Shown: positions 15,210 through 24,626, counted from the stretch's first letter. The stretch is DNA of 27,028 nucleotides from a virus (IMGVR_UViG_2579778989_000013), one strand, 5' to 3'. The notes: generated by a model from the letters alone, not told the origin. Made by a program: numbers and translations.

Positions 15210-15917
15210 ATGGTTCAGAATGAAAAAGTGCGCAAAGAATTCGCCCAGCGGCTAGCGCAAGCCTGTAAAGAAGCTGGTCTTGATGAACATGGTAGGGGAA
15301 TGGCTATAGCCCGTGCCCTTTCTCTTTCGTCCAAAGGCGTTAGCAAATGGTTTAATGCTGAGTCTTTACCGCGTCAGGAAAAAATGAATGCGCTTGCGAA
15401 ATTTCTAAACGTTGATGTTGTTTGGCTTCAGCACGGCACTTCGTTAAATGGAGCGAATGATGAAGATACTCTTTCATTTGTTGGCAAATTAAAAAAAGGG
15501 TTAGTGCGCGTGGTTGGTGAGGCAATTCTTGGTGTTGATGGTGCCATCGAGATGACCGAAGAGCGCGATGGGTGGCTCAAAATTTATAGCGATGATCCAG
15601 ATGCCTTTGGCCTTCGTGTGAAAGGAGACAGCATGTGGCCCAGAATAAAATCAGGAGAATATGTACTCATTGAGCCTAACACCAAAGTATTCCCGGGTGA
15701 TGAGGTGTTTGTCAGAACCGTTGAAGGACACAACATGATTAAGGTTCTTGGCTATGACAGAGATGGAGAATACCAATTTACAAGCATTAACCAGGATCAC
15801 AGGCCTATAACGTTGCCTTATCATCAAGTAGCAAAGGTGGAGTATGTAGCTGGTATTCTGAAGCAATCTCGCCATCTGGATGACATCGAGGCAAGGGAGT
15901 GGCTGAAAAGTTCGTGA
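15210..15917 (+). CDS. cI: CI-like repressor (N-terminal HTH plus C-terminal S24 LexA-type autopeptidase domain)
   Basis: Track ORF, 235 aa; S24 motifs GDSMWP and downstream Lys (NMIKVL); N-terminal HTH; divergent from cro. Confidence 0.85.
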   Translation: MVQNEKVRKEFAQRLAQACKEAGLDEHGRGMAIARALSLSSKGVSKWFNAESLPRQEKMNALAKFLNVDVVWLQHGTSLNGANDEDTLSFVGKLKKGLVRVVGEAILGVDGAIEMTEERDGWLKIYSDDPDAFGLRVKGDSMWPRIKSGEYVLIEPNTKVFPGDEVFVRTVEGHNMIKVLGYDRDGEYQFTSINQDHRPITLPYHQVAKVEYVAGILKQSRHLDDIEAREWLKSS

Positions 15918-15977
15918 CTTCATCGTCACATAGCTGGTAACCAGTGGCCAGAAGAAACGTTTGGGTGAGGAGGATAG

Positions 15978-16319
15978 ATGGCGTTCACTGACCTTGAATA
16001 TCAAGCGGTCAAAAAAGAAGTTCACCAATTCATTGAAAGCATAAGGCCGCCTGAACATATCCGCAATGAACTGGATATTGTTTATAGCATCAATGACCAA
16101 ACGATAGATATCGGCGAACAGCGCCCCGTGTGGCAGGGCAACCCAGGTGAAACAAACATCCTGCCATCAGCAAGAATCAAGTACATACGTTCTCTGGATA
16201 GATGGAAAATCTATTGGATGCGGAAGGATATGAAATGGCATCAGTACAGTACTGAACTTTCGCTGACTGATGCGCTTGAGCTTGTGCGTGCTGACCCGGA
16301 TTGCTGCTTCTTCGGATGA
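15978..16319 (+). CDS. hypothetical protein (113 aa), first gene downstream of cI
   Basis: Track ORF with strong RBS GAGGAGG; same strand as cI; no motif recognised. Confidence 0.6.
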   Translation: MAFTDLEYQAVKKEVHQFIESIRPPEHIRNELDIVYSINDQTIDIGEQRPVWQGNPGETNILPSARIKYIRSLDRWKIYWMRKDMKWHQYSTELSLTDALELVRADPDCCFFG

Positions 16320-16386
16320 GTGAAGAGACGTTTGGATGATGGATGGTCGCAGAGATGCGGCCTGATTCTAAAATAGGATATAAAAA

Positions 16387-16848
16387 ATGAGAATACTAGG
16401 TGTTAGAGCGGCGCCCAAAGTTACATCTTTTGTTGTATATTGCACTAATGAGTCTGCACTCAAATGTGTTGATGTTATTAAAATACCTTCGACCTTAGAC
16501 ACACCAGAAAAATTAAAGTATGTGAGAAATAACATCCTCGACATTCTTAATTTATATAATGTTGAATTAGCTGCCATACGCGTTACTGAATCAAACTCTG
16601 ATAATCTTAGCATTGACCGCCTTTATATAGAAGCTGTTATTCAAGAAGCATTTTCAAGCAGTGATGTAAGAAAATATTACACTATTAGAAAATCTGGCAT
16701 GAAATCATCATTGAACCTAACAGAGATCGAGTATAAAGAAATATTGAAGTCACACCGCAATATAAATGGAATCGATAATTCTGGTTTTACAACTGAAACA
16801 AATGAAGCTGTTTTGGCTGCTCTATCTGCGGAGGTAAGGGGATGCTAA
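16387..16848 (+). CDS. hypothetical protein (153 aa), translationally coupled to the downstream kinase gene
   Basis: Track ORF; its 3' end overlaps the kinase start by 7 nt; AT-rich codon usage unlike flanking phage genes. Confidence 0.55.
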   Translation: MRILGVRAAPKVTSFVVYCTNESALKCVDVIKIPSTLDTPEKLKYVRNNILDILNLYNVELAAIRVTESNSDNLSIDRLYIEAVIQEAFSSSDVRKYYTIRKSGMKSSLNLTEIEYKEILKSHRNINGIDNSGFTTETNEAVLAALSAEVRGC

Positions 16849-17888
16849 CTCCATACAAAAGAGCTGATGTAGAATTCGAATGGATTAGTGATCTAGAAGA
16901 ACAGGGTTGTTTTTCAAAAGTATATCTGGCTCATGACAGACACCTAGCTCATGACTTGGTGATTAAAGAAATAGAAAAAAAAGAAAACACTAACCACGAC
17001 GACTACTTTAATGAAGCAAGGCTTCTCTATAAACATGCACATCCAAATATTGTGCAAGTTCAGTATGCTGCTCAATGTGAGAGCAATATCTATATAGCCA
17101 TGCCATTTTATCATAATGGTTCGCTAAACCAATTAATGAAAAAAAATAATCTTACAAGCAGGGAGATAATACGGTATTCCATTCAATTTTTAAGTGGACT
17201 TTATCATATACACTCAAAAGGTCTTATGCATTTTGATATAAAACCTAATAACATTATGATATCAAACAGAAATGAGGCCATGCTATCTGACTTTGGATTA
17301 TCTCAGTTAGTCAATGAGGAATCGAGAGCTGCGCCTGAGTTTGGATATCATTTTCATGTGCCACCGGAATATTTTTCTTTATCAACAAATGATTATAATT
17401 TCACATATGACATATATCAGGCAGGATTAACCATATATAGAATGTGTGTTGGACATGATAATTTTGAAAGAGAAAGATCTGCATTTAGCACGATTGAACA
17501 ACTCAGAGAGTCGATAATTAATGGCTGCTATCCATTAAAAGAGTATCCTCCCCATATACATAAAAAATTAATAACAATAGTGAACAAATGCATTCATGTA
17601 GATCCAAATGAAAGATATCAATCCGTACTAGATGTACTAAACGATCTCTCAGCTATAAGTGATGGCGTTCTTGACTGGCGTCTACAGATGACGAAACCAA
17701 CTAACGGCACATGCGAATGGCAAAAAAAGTCTGGGGACGCTATACTGTCTATAGTTTTTGACGCAGAAAATTCGTCTACTACTGGTTTTCGTTTATACGA
17801 TGATGGGCGGAAAAGGCGTGCTACGAACTTAACAATATCCTCAGGATGTACCCCTACAAAACTGTATAGGTTATTAAAGGATAACTGA
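16842..17888 (+). CDS. Hanks-type (eukaryotic-like) Ser/Thr protein kinase, 348 aa
   Basis: Track ORF with RBS GGAGGTAAGGGG. Kinase subdomains: Gly-rich loop region EEQGCFSKVY, lysine in LVIKEI, catalytic loop HFDIKPNN (non-RD), SDFG, VPPEY; about 90-aa C-terminal extension of unknown function. Confidence 0.85.
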   Translation: MLTPYKRADVEFEWISDLEEQGCFSKVYLAHDRHLAHDLVIKEIEKKENTNHDDYFNEARLLYKHAHPNIVQVQYAAQCESNIYIAMPFYHNGSLNQLMKKNNLTSREIIRYSIQFLSGLYHIHSKGLMHFDIKPNNIMISNRNEAMLSDFGLSQLVNEESRAAPEFGYHFHVPPEYFSLSTNDYNFTYDIYQAGLTIYRMCVGHDNFERERSAFSTIEQLRESIINGCYPLKEYPPHIHKKLITIVNKCIHVDPNERYQSVLDVLNDLSAISDGVLDWRLQMTKPTNGTCEWQKKSGDAILSIVFDAENSSTTGFRLYDDGRKRRATNLTISSGCTPTKLYRLLKDN

Positions 17889-17890
17889 TC

Positions 17891-18031
17891 ATGAAAAAGC
17901 GCGAGGAAGTAAGCAAGCTGCCTCGCAGACGTGATGCAGCATTAGCGGTTCCCTACAAAAAAGATGAGTTCATAAGCCCTTCTGATGACAAAAAATTTTC
18001 AAAGGCGAAAAGTTTTACATCTACATCTCTA
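17891..18031 (+). CDS. possible small basic ORF (46 aa) after the kinase gene
   Basis: ATG 3 nt after the kinase stop; translation MKKREEVSKLPRRRDAALAVPYKKDEFISPSDDKKFSRRKVLHLHL; no independent support. Confidence 0.2.
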
Positions 18032-18054
18032 AAAGATAAATACTTTAAAATCTA

Positions 18055-18080
18055 GCCCGGCCTCAGCGCCGGGTTTTCTT
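18055..18080 (+). terminator. intrinsic terminator closing the cI-kinase block
   Basis: cccggc-ctcagc-gccggg followed by ttttcttt. Confidence 0.6.
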
Positions 18081-18255
18081 TGCCTCACGATCCCCCACCT
18101 AAAAAAACATAACTCATTGTATTTATTGATGTAACTCGCTAAACCATGCAGTTCTGATCCCTGCCGCATAACCTTCATCAGCCACATTTTCAAAAATAAA
18201 TTTCCTTATATATCAGAATCATACTTCGTAGAGTTAATAAATCACCAAAATTCGT

Positions 18256-18290
18256 ACCAATAGTTCTTGATAATGTCGAACTATTGGTTC
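18256..18290. promoter_or_regulatory. 11-bp perfect inverted repeat in the putative pL/OL region
   Basis: ACCAATAGTTC-(11 nt)-GAACTATTGGT; it contains TTGATA; nearby TTCGTAC motifs resemble those in OR. Confidence 0.35.
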
Positions 18291-18365
18291 ACTATTATCG
18301 TCATCAGCAGGACGCATTACTCACCAGGGCGGTGAATATACAACGATTCGAATATGAATCTACGG

Positions 18366-18380
18366 CGCTGACAAAGCGCA
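18366..18380 (+). promoter_or_regulatory. nutL boxB-like hairpin
   Basis: gcgctgacaaagcgc, about 165 nt upstream of N; same 13-mer as the nutR candidate; resembles the P22-type boxB stem-loop as recalled. Confidence 0.55.
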
Positions 18381-18544
18381 ATAACCAAAGTGAACTTTGG
18401 GGTGTGGTGAAGGGTTCATGGACGGGAATATGTCGCACGTAAAGCGGCGAGGCCTGTGGGACTATTGCCGAATTGAAGTAGGCCGAAACAGGTCGAAATG
18501 GGTCTCCCACCTACCACACCACCAAAGTTCATCAGGAGGTCTAT

Positions 18545-18928
18545 ATGACACGCAGAACTCAGTTCAAAGGCAATTCACGTTCTCGTCGTCGTGAGCGTTT
18601 AAAGGCAAAGGCATTAGCTAACTGCGTACTGGCCCGCGAAGAAGCAATAAGTTCAGAAGTATTACACCGCCCTACTCTAAGCAGAGCGCAGATTCAGGCT
18701 AAAGGTACTCACGAAACGCCTGAGCGCATAGAAGACGCTAAGCCAATTAAGTTCATGGCACAGGACGTGATCTGGCAACAGAAAGAATACAGACGCAATC
18801 TGGAGCGAGCAGCCATTGTGTACGCGAATGAGTTTGGACATAAGCAACCAGAAACTGGTGTATGTCTTCCAAACGTAGCCATTTACGCGGCAGGCTACCG
18901 GAAATCAAAACAACTGACGGCGAGGTGA
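18545..18928 (+). CDS. N: N-like transcription antitermination protein (H-19B/933W-type), 127 aa
   Basis: Track ORF with RBS AGGAGG; N-terminal arginine-rich motif TRRTQFKGNSRSRRRERLKAKALA; first gene after the nutL candidate. Confidence 0.8.
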   Translation: MTRRTQFKGNSRSRRRERLKAKALANCVLAREEAISSEVLHRPTLSRAQIQAKGTHETPERIEDAKPIKFMAQDVIWQQKEYRRNLERAAIVYANEFGHKQPETGVCLPNVAIYAAGYRKSKQLTAR

Positions 18929-18931
18929 TTG

Positions 18932-19645
18932 ATGACCACGCCTTCAGTTTTGCCGCAAAAGTTATGGCGTCCGCTTGCAGAGATTAAAAACTTCGTTGAA
19001 AAAATGCCTGATGGAGTTCGCCTTACGGAAGTTACTAAAAAAGTTAAGACATTTGCCGAACTGTCAGGAAAGGAGAGAAACCAGCTCATAGATTTTATCG
19101 ATAAACGGGAAAGCATCATTGTATTTAAGGTCAGAAAAGAAGGTTCTGGTAACGGAGTAACCTTTTTCCGCCACAAAAAATATGGATATCCCAAACGGGA
19201 AGGAAACGTCACAATCACTAAGGACCTTCAATCAAAATTATGTACCAGATGCGGGCAGACAAAATCAGTCAATGATTTTTATTCAGATGCCAGCAAGCGT
19301 GACGGGAGAGCCATTTATTGCAAGAAGTGCGAATCTGCAATGAAACGCTCACGCAGAAAATGCAACAAATTAATTCTGCAACAACAGGAACCTGAAATGA
19401 ATAACCTCAAAGCAGTTTCACCTTCACCAGAAATACTCAGAAAACAGGCTGAAGAATTGCTGAAAGCCGCCGAAATTGCGGAGAAAAAACGCCAGGAAGA
19501 TGATGCATTCAACAAAAAACTTGCGCCCTTAAAACTTGAAATCCTTCAGGCCGCCGGAAAAATGCAGCTTAAACTGGACGAATTCATCGACTGTATGGAT
19601 GAAATGAATAAAGCAGTTCAGAAGCTTAAAGAGCTGACCGCCTGA
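18932..19645 (+). CDS. hypothetical pL-operon protein (237 aa) with a CxxC...CxxC pair
   Basis: ATG at 18932 (track ORF 18929..19645); motif CTRCGQ...CKKCESAMK; start overlaps the N stop. Confidence 0.5.
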   Translation: MTTPSVLPQKLWRPLAEIKNFVEKMPDGVRLTEVTKKVKTFAELSGKERNQLIDFIDKRESIIVFKVRKEGSGNGVTFFRHKKYGYPKREGNVTITKDLQSKLCTRCGQTKSVNDFYSDASKRDGRAIYCKKCESAMKRSRRKCNKLILQQQEPEMNNLKAVSPSPEILRKQAEELLKAAEIAEKKRQEDDAFNKKLAPLKLEILQAAGKMQLKLDEFIDCMDEMNKAVQKLKELTA

Positions 19646-19676
19646 TATTAATAAATTGCAACTACCGGAGTTAACT

Positions 19677-20036
19677 ATGAACGAAACAGAACTGAAGCAC
19701 ATTATCGCCCTGCTTCTGGAAGATGCCAGACAGGTTTATCGACTTAGCCCAAATTCCGCAACGCTGACACGCATCCAGATGGCAGAAAAAGCACTGAAAC
19801 AGGATAATGAAAACAGCGCATCCGAAGTTGATGCTAATGGTGAAAATGAAGTAATAGAAATAAACAGCAATATCAGCGATAGTTGCGTCGCTTACAGCCA
19901 CCAAATAATTCGTGTAAGTGCAAGAATAATGGAAGTGATGGCAAGTGAGCTTGAAAAGAACAACATCAAGCCCACTGATTGTTGTTTAAGAACCGTAATG
20001 AACGTTATTTATTACTCGATGTTCCGAAGTCGCTAA
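19677..20036 (+). CDS. hypothetical pL-operon protein (119 aa)
   Basis: RBS GGAG before ATG at 19677 within track ORF 19656..20036. Confidence 0.45.
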   Translation: MNETELKHIIALLLEDARQVYRLSPNSATLTRIQMAEKALKQDNENSASEVDANGENEVIEINSNISDSCVAYSHQIIRVSARIMEVMASELEKNNIKPTDCCLRTVMNVIYYSMFRSR

Positions 20037-20214
20037 CAGCGTCGAGTTTTTCATCAAAAAATGATTCAAATGCATCGTAAAATACGGCAATAGCACCGCC
20101 CTTATCTACCGCGGCAGGAACTGCCTTTTGAGGTATATCTTTCTCCCTGAATTGTGTGTTGTAGGTATCGACAGCCAGCCGCATCAGAAACATCACTTTT
20201 TCTTCTTGTGTCAT
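20005..20214 (-). CDS. hypothetical small acidic protein (69 aa) encoded antisense within the pL operon
   Basis: Track ORF with strong RBS AAGGAGAG 7 nt before the ATG; its 3' end overlaps the convergent 19677-20036 gene by 32 bp. Confidence 0.45.
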   Translation of the reverse strand: MTQEEKVMFLMRLAVDTYNTQFREKDIPQKAVPAAVDKGGAIAVFYDAFESFFDEKLDAVSDFGTSSNK

Positions 20215-20453
20215 AAATTCACTCTCCTTACGGGGTTTGTAGTTGAGGAGTTCTCCACGGGTGAGGTGGAGATCGTGCGCCGGACACGGGTAAGTTCCGG
20301 CACTCTCAGTTTACTGAACAGACATTACCCTGAAAGCCAGGGTACAACACGAAAGTGCACGGCGAAGACTCTTTCCCATTGAAGGCTTGTCGTTAGATTT
20401 CTTCGACCGTGCGCTTCCGGTTGTGAATAACAACATTGCTGTGTGTAGCCCTT

Positions 20454-20497
20454 GGCGGACATCGGTTTGCCGATTGCTGATGTCCGCCCTTTTTAAA
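20454..20497 (+). terminator. intrinsic terminator in a 430-bp non-coding stretch of the pL operon; candidate 3' end of a DicF-like processed sRNA
   Basis: ggcggacatc-ggtttgccgattgct-gatgtccgcc followed by ctttttaaa; no convincing ORF between 20215 and 20650. Confidence 0.5.
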
Positions 20498-20670
20498 GTG
20501 AATTTTGTGATGCGGTGAATGCGGCTATGCGCACGCGGAACAGTTAAACCGACAGGATGTCACGGAAAGTCATCGTCCCCTGACCCGGCGTTAGTTGTTA
20601 ACTGGTTAACGTCACCTGGAGGTACCAGGCACCGCATCAACAAAGTTCATTTGTGAAAATGGAGATAATT

Positions 20671-20892
20671 ATGATTGTTCATCACTTCGGAACTGATGAA
20701 ATACCACGTCAGTGCGTGACGCCTGGCGATTATGTTCTTCATGAAGGTCGGACATATATCGCTTCAGCAAACAATATTGAAAAGAGAAAACTCTATATTC
20801 GTAACTTCACAACAAAAACATGCATTACCGACTGCATGATTAAAGTTTTCATCGGGCGCGATGGCTTACCCGTAAAAGCAGCGTCGTTGTGA
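20671..20892 (+). CDS. Kil-like small protein (73 aa), possible KilR-type cell-division inhibitor
   Basis: RBS GGAGA; translation [45 protein letters not shown]...; length and position (before the recombination genes) match Rac KilR as recalled. Internal start in track ORF 20653..20892. Confidence 0.5.
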   Translation: MIVHHFGTDEIPRQCVTPGDYVLHEGRTYIASANNIEKRKLYIRNFTTKTCITDCMIKVFIGRDGLPVKAASL

Positions 20893-20975
20893 CGAGTAAT
20901 AAAATACCCCTTCCATATCTGTAACAGACAAGCCGAAATAAAACCGCATTAATTATCAATCACGGAAAAATCAAA

Positions 20976-21362
20976 ATGAAAGAACTTGCGCAAAATGAAA
21001 TATTTTCCGAAACCAGTCCTGATGCAATAAATGAACTCAAAGAAATTGCAGAACGCATCAGTAAAATATGCAAAGAATACAAAATCGACTTTGTATTTTC
21101 TTTTTCAGTGCTTACAGAAGTTGGAAATAACGAATATAAGGACAGTCGTTTTGTTTTATGTGGGTTAAATGGCAAAACACCAAGCCCATATATTCATGCT
21201 GCACGTGAAGTTGTCAGAAGCAACATTGGAGTACAACAAATCCATACACTTGCACAGGCTCTTGAGTTTGCAAGAGAAAATTCTGAGTGCGACTGCCCTG
21301 AATGCCAGCACGAAAAGGGAAAAACAACTCACAAAACAGCAAACCAGGCAACCTTCCACTGA
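20976..21362 (+). CDS. hypothetical protein (128 aa) with C-terminal CxC-PxC motif
   Basis: Track ORF; motif ECDCPECQHEKGK suggests a small zinc-binding module. Confidence 0.5.
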   Translation: MKELAQNEIFSETSPDAINELKEIAERISKICKEYKIDFVFSFSVLTEVGNNEYKDSRFVLCGLNGKTPSPYIHAAREVVRSNIGVQQIHTLAQALEFARENSECDCPECQHEKGKTTHKTANQATFH

Positions 21363-21469
21363 AATAAAAATCCGGCAGCGCAGGCTACCGGATTTCTCCC
21401 TGCGTCACCGTATTCGGAGAAATCAGACAAAGGGCCGCTAATTCTAATCCAGCCAGAGGTTTAAATACA

Positions 21470-23542
21470 ATGAGCGCTGATAAACAGACTTTTGCACTAC
21501 ACTGCGAAGCAAAAAACGATAAAGTCAGAAAACGCCTTGGCATCAAAGGCGGTTTTTTCTGGACCGAGGCCAGAAAACTTTCTGTCGCAGTTTCCCGCTG
21601 CATTGCAGCCATGGACGATGCAGGCTACGACGAGGATGATTTCAAAAAACCCGTTCGCGTAAATTTCCCCGTCGTGAATGACCTTCCACCGGAAGGCGTG
21701 TTTGATACTGAATTCTGCAACCGCTATGAAAAAGGCGGGGAAGATGGCATCACCATGATGGCTATATCCTTCAATGACAACATCAACGGTGAAGATGCCA
21801 CAACTGCTGGCGATGACAACGATGACCCGGACGGAACTATTCCGGATGATGTGGAGAAAAGCGAATCCCCGGACAGCGACGATGACTGTTCTGAGTGTGA
21901 AATTCCCGTCGCCACTCTGAGCCTTACTCATCGCTTCCTTCACCTCTTCTTCTTCAGCAAGGATGAAGATGGAAAATACCGGCATCACGCCACACCAGAA
22001 CAACGCAATAACGTGATCCGTATGGAGATGGACACAGAGGACAGTTACCTTCAGAGCCTGCTTACTGCTGTGCGCGCCGCACATCATGAACTGGATAAAC
22101 TGACGAACTATCACCTTAGTCGCCTGGCTGAATCTGTAGGGAAAGCATTCCCCCACTCTGCAAATCATCGCATCAGCCCGGCTGAATTCGACAAGTTCAT
22201 TTCCACCTGGATGAAAACTGACTACCTTGATCAGGGCCTGCTGACAAAAGAATGGCAGAACGGAAATTATGTTTCAGGCATTACCCGTACGCCTTCCGGT
22301 GCTAACGCTGGCGGCGGAAATCTTACCGATCGTGGTGAAGGATTCAAACATGATAAGACATCACTCGCACGAGATGTAGCCACCGGCGTTCTGGCCCGTT
22401 CAATGGATGTGGATATTTATAACCTGCACCCAGCACACGCAAAACGCGTTGAAGAAATCGTGTCAGAGAATAAGCCGCCCTTTTCTGTTTTTCGCGACAA
22501 ATTTATCGCCATGCCCGGTGGGCTGGATTATTCCCGCGCCATTGTGGTGGCTTCCGTGAAAGAAGCACCAATCGGCATTGAGGCCATCCCGGCACGCGTG
22601 ACTGAATATCTCAACAAAGTGTTGACCGAAACCGATCACGCTAACCCGGATCCGGAAATCGTGGAAATTGCCTGCGGTCGCTCATCAGCACCGATGCCGC
22701 AGCGCGGAACAGCAGAAGGAAAACATGGCGATGAAGAAAAGCAACAAGCATCGGACACAATGGCTAATGAACAGGCAGCGCCTGAATCAGTGGAAGAAAT
22801 TCCAGTTAAACATAATGAGGACACGCAATCACTGGAAAATGTCTCATCTGTAGAAACGAAATACCAGGAACTGAGGGAGGAACTCAATAAAGCCAGGGAA
22901 AACATCCCCCCAAAAAATCCAGTCGATGCCGACAAATTACTGGCTGCCTCGCGTGGAGAATTCGTTGAAGGCATCAGTAACCCTGCTGATCCGAAGTGGG
23001 TGAAGGGGATCCAGACTCGCGACACTGAGGACCAGAATCAGTCCAAAGTGGAACAAATTGCCCCAGAAGCGGGACAAAACAGCCCGGATACGCAACAAAA
23101 CGGGTCAGAAGAGCAACAGCCAGGGCCAGTAGCGCAACCGGAGCTGGAAAAAAACTGCCGCGTCTGTGGTCAGACTGGCGGGGGTAACTGCCCTGACTGT
23201 AGTGCGGTAATGGGCGATAGCACTTACACAGAAACTTTTGGAGAAAATGACGCCGCTGATGGAGAAGACTCAGCACAAACTGAGGAGAAGATCATTCAGG
23301 AAAACTCTGTTGATGCCGCTCAGGAGGGCGAAACCGTTGTTCAGAACGAGCCAGGCAGTGATACGTCCGGCGATGACGCCAATTCTGAGCCAGTAACTCT
23401 CGACTGGAAAAGACAGCTCGTGATTGCCGCCGTCTATGGTTTGTGCGCCAACCCCGCATGTATAGCCACAGCGCCAGCAATCCCTGATATCGCCATCATG
23501 ATTGCCAACAGGCTTGAAAATTTCGGAGGTGATAAATCATGA
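21470..23542 (+). CDS. large acidic protein of unknown function (690 aa), translationally coupled to gam; possibly related to the non-catalytic N-terminal region of RecE
   Basis: Track ORF; acidic low-complexity tracts ([30 protein letters not shown]), conserved-looking core [17 protein letters not shown]-terminal CRVCGQ...CPDC; stop overlaps the gam start (ATGA). Confidence 0.7.
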   Translation: MSADKQTFALHCEAKNDKVRKRLGIKGGFFWTEARKLSVAVSRCIAAMDDAGYDEDDFKKPVRVNFPVVNDLPPEGVFDTEFCNRYEKGGEDGITMMAISFNDNINGEDATTAGDDNDDPDGTIPDDVEKSESPDSDDDCSECEIPVATLSLTHRFLHLFFFSKDEDGKYRHHATPEQRNNVIRMEMDTEDSYLQSLLTAVRAAHHELDKLTNYHLSRLAESVGKAFPHSANHRISPAEFDKFISTWMKTDYLDQGLLTKEWQNGNYVSGITRTPSGANAGGGNLTDRGEGFKHDKTSLARDVATGVLARSMDVDIYNLHPAHAKRVEEIVSENKPPFSVFRDKFIAMPGGLDYSRAIVVASVKEAPIGIEAIPARVTEYLNKVLTETDHANPDPEIVEIACGRSSAPMPQRGTAEGKHGDEEKQQASDTMANEQAAPESVEEIPVKHNEDTQSLENVSSVETKYQELREELNKARENIPPKNPVDADKLLAASRGEFVEGISNPADPKWVKGIQTRDTEDQNQSKVEQIAPEAGQNSPDTQQNGSEEQQPGPVAQPELEKNCRVCGQTGGGNCPDCSAVMGDSTYTETFGENDAADGEDSAQTEEKIIQENSVDAAQEGETVVQNEPGSDTSGDDANSEPVTLDWKRQLVIAAVYGLCANPACIATAPAIPDIAIMIANRLENFGGDKS

Positions 23543-23835
23543 ATGCCTGGCTTATCCCCGATCGCATTGAAGAGCAGTCATGGGCACGACACTACCAGCA
23601 AATTGCCCGTGAAGAAACTGAAGCTGAGCTGGCAGACGACCTGGAAAAAGGTCTGCCCCAACACCTGTTTGAATCGCTATGCATCGATAATCTGCAACGT
23701 CACGGGGCCAGCAAAAAAGCTATTTCCCGTGCATTTGATGACGATGTCGATTTTCAGGAACGCATGGCAGAACACATCCGCTACATGGCTGAAACCATCG
23801 CCCGTCACCAAATTAATATTGATTCAGAGGTATAA
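23539..23835 (+). CDS. gam: Gam, RecBCD inhibitor (GamS-length form, 98 aa)
   Basis: Translation [60 protein letters not shown]... is near-identical to lambda GamS as recalled. Confidence 0.9.
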   Translation: MNAWLIPDRIEEQSWARHYQQIAREETEAELADDLEKGLPQHLFESLCIDNLQRHGASKKAISRAFDDDVDFQERMAEHIRYMAETIARHQINIDSEV

Positions 23836-23840
23836 AACTG

Positions 23841-24626
23841 ATGAGTACAGCACTCGCAACGCTGGCAGGGAAGCTGGCTGAACGTGTCGGCATGGATTCT
23901 GTCGACCCACAGGAACTAATCACCACTCTTCGCCAGACGGCATTTAAAGGTGATGCCAGCGATGCGCAATTTATCGCATTGTTGATCGTCGCCAACCAGT
24001 ACGGCCTTAATCCCTGGACGAAAGAAATTTACGCCTTCCCTGACAAGCAGAACGGCATCGTTCCGGTGGTTGGCGTTGATGGCTGGTCCCGCATTATCAA
24101 TGAAAACCAGCAGTTTGATGGCATGGACTTTGAGCAGGACAATGAGTCCTGTACATGCCGGATTTACCGCAAAGATCGCAATCACCCGATCTGCGTTACC
24201 GAGTGGATGGATGAATGTCGCCGCGCACCATTCAAAACCCGCGAAGGCAGAGAAATCACCGGACCGTGGCAGTCGCATCCCAAACGGATGTTACGGCACA
24301 AAGCCATGATTCAGTGTGCTCGCCTGGCCTTCGGATTTGCTGGCATCTATGACAAGGATGAAGCCGAGCGTATTGTCGAAAATACTGCATATACTACAGA
24401 ACGTCAGCCGGAACGCGACATCACCCCGGTTAACGAAGAAACCATGTCGGAAATTAACGCCCTTCTTACTTCCATGGAAAAAACGTGGGATGACGACCTG
24501 TTGCCGCTCTGTTCCCAGATTTTTCGCCGCAACATTTACACATCTTCAGAACTAACACAGGCTGAAGCTGTGAAGGTTCTTGGATTCCTGAAACAGAAAG
24601 TCACAGAGCAGAAGGTAGCAGCATGA
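23841..24626 (+). CDS. bet: Red beta single-strand annealing protein (Bet)
   Basis: Translation [72 protein letters not shown]... matches lambda Bet almost residue for residue as recalled; 261 aa. Confidence 0.95.
   Translation: MSTALATLAGKLAERVGMDSVDPQELITTLRQTAFKGDASDAQFIALLIVANQYGLNPWTKEIYAFPDKQNGIVPVVGVDGWSRIINENQQFDGMDFEQDNESCTCRIYRKDRNHPICVTEWMDECRRAPFKTREGREITGPWQSHPKRMLRHKAMIQCARLAFGFAGIYDKDEAERIVENTAYTTERQPERDITPVNEETMSEINALLTSMEKTWDDDLLPLCSQIFRRNIYTSSELTQAEAVKVLGFLKQKVTEQKVAA

Noticed and set aside
18304-18594. ORFs 18304..18510 (-) and 18397..18594 (+) in the pL leader
   Set aside because: They overlap the nutL element and the N start region with no RBS; the region is better explained as the structured N leader.
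21497-22168. 223-aa minus-strand ORF embedded antisense in the 690-aa gene
   Set aside because: Entirely contained within a well-supported plus-strand gene, with no RBS and hydrophobic low-complexity translation; typical antisense shadow ORF.
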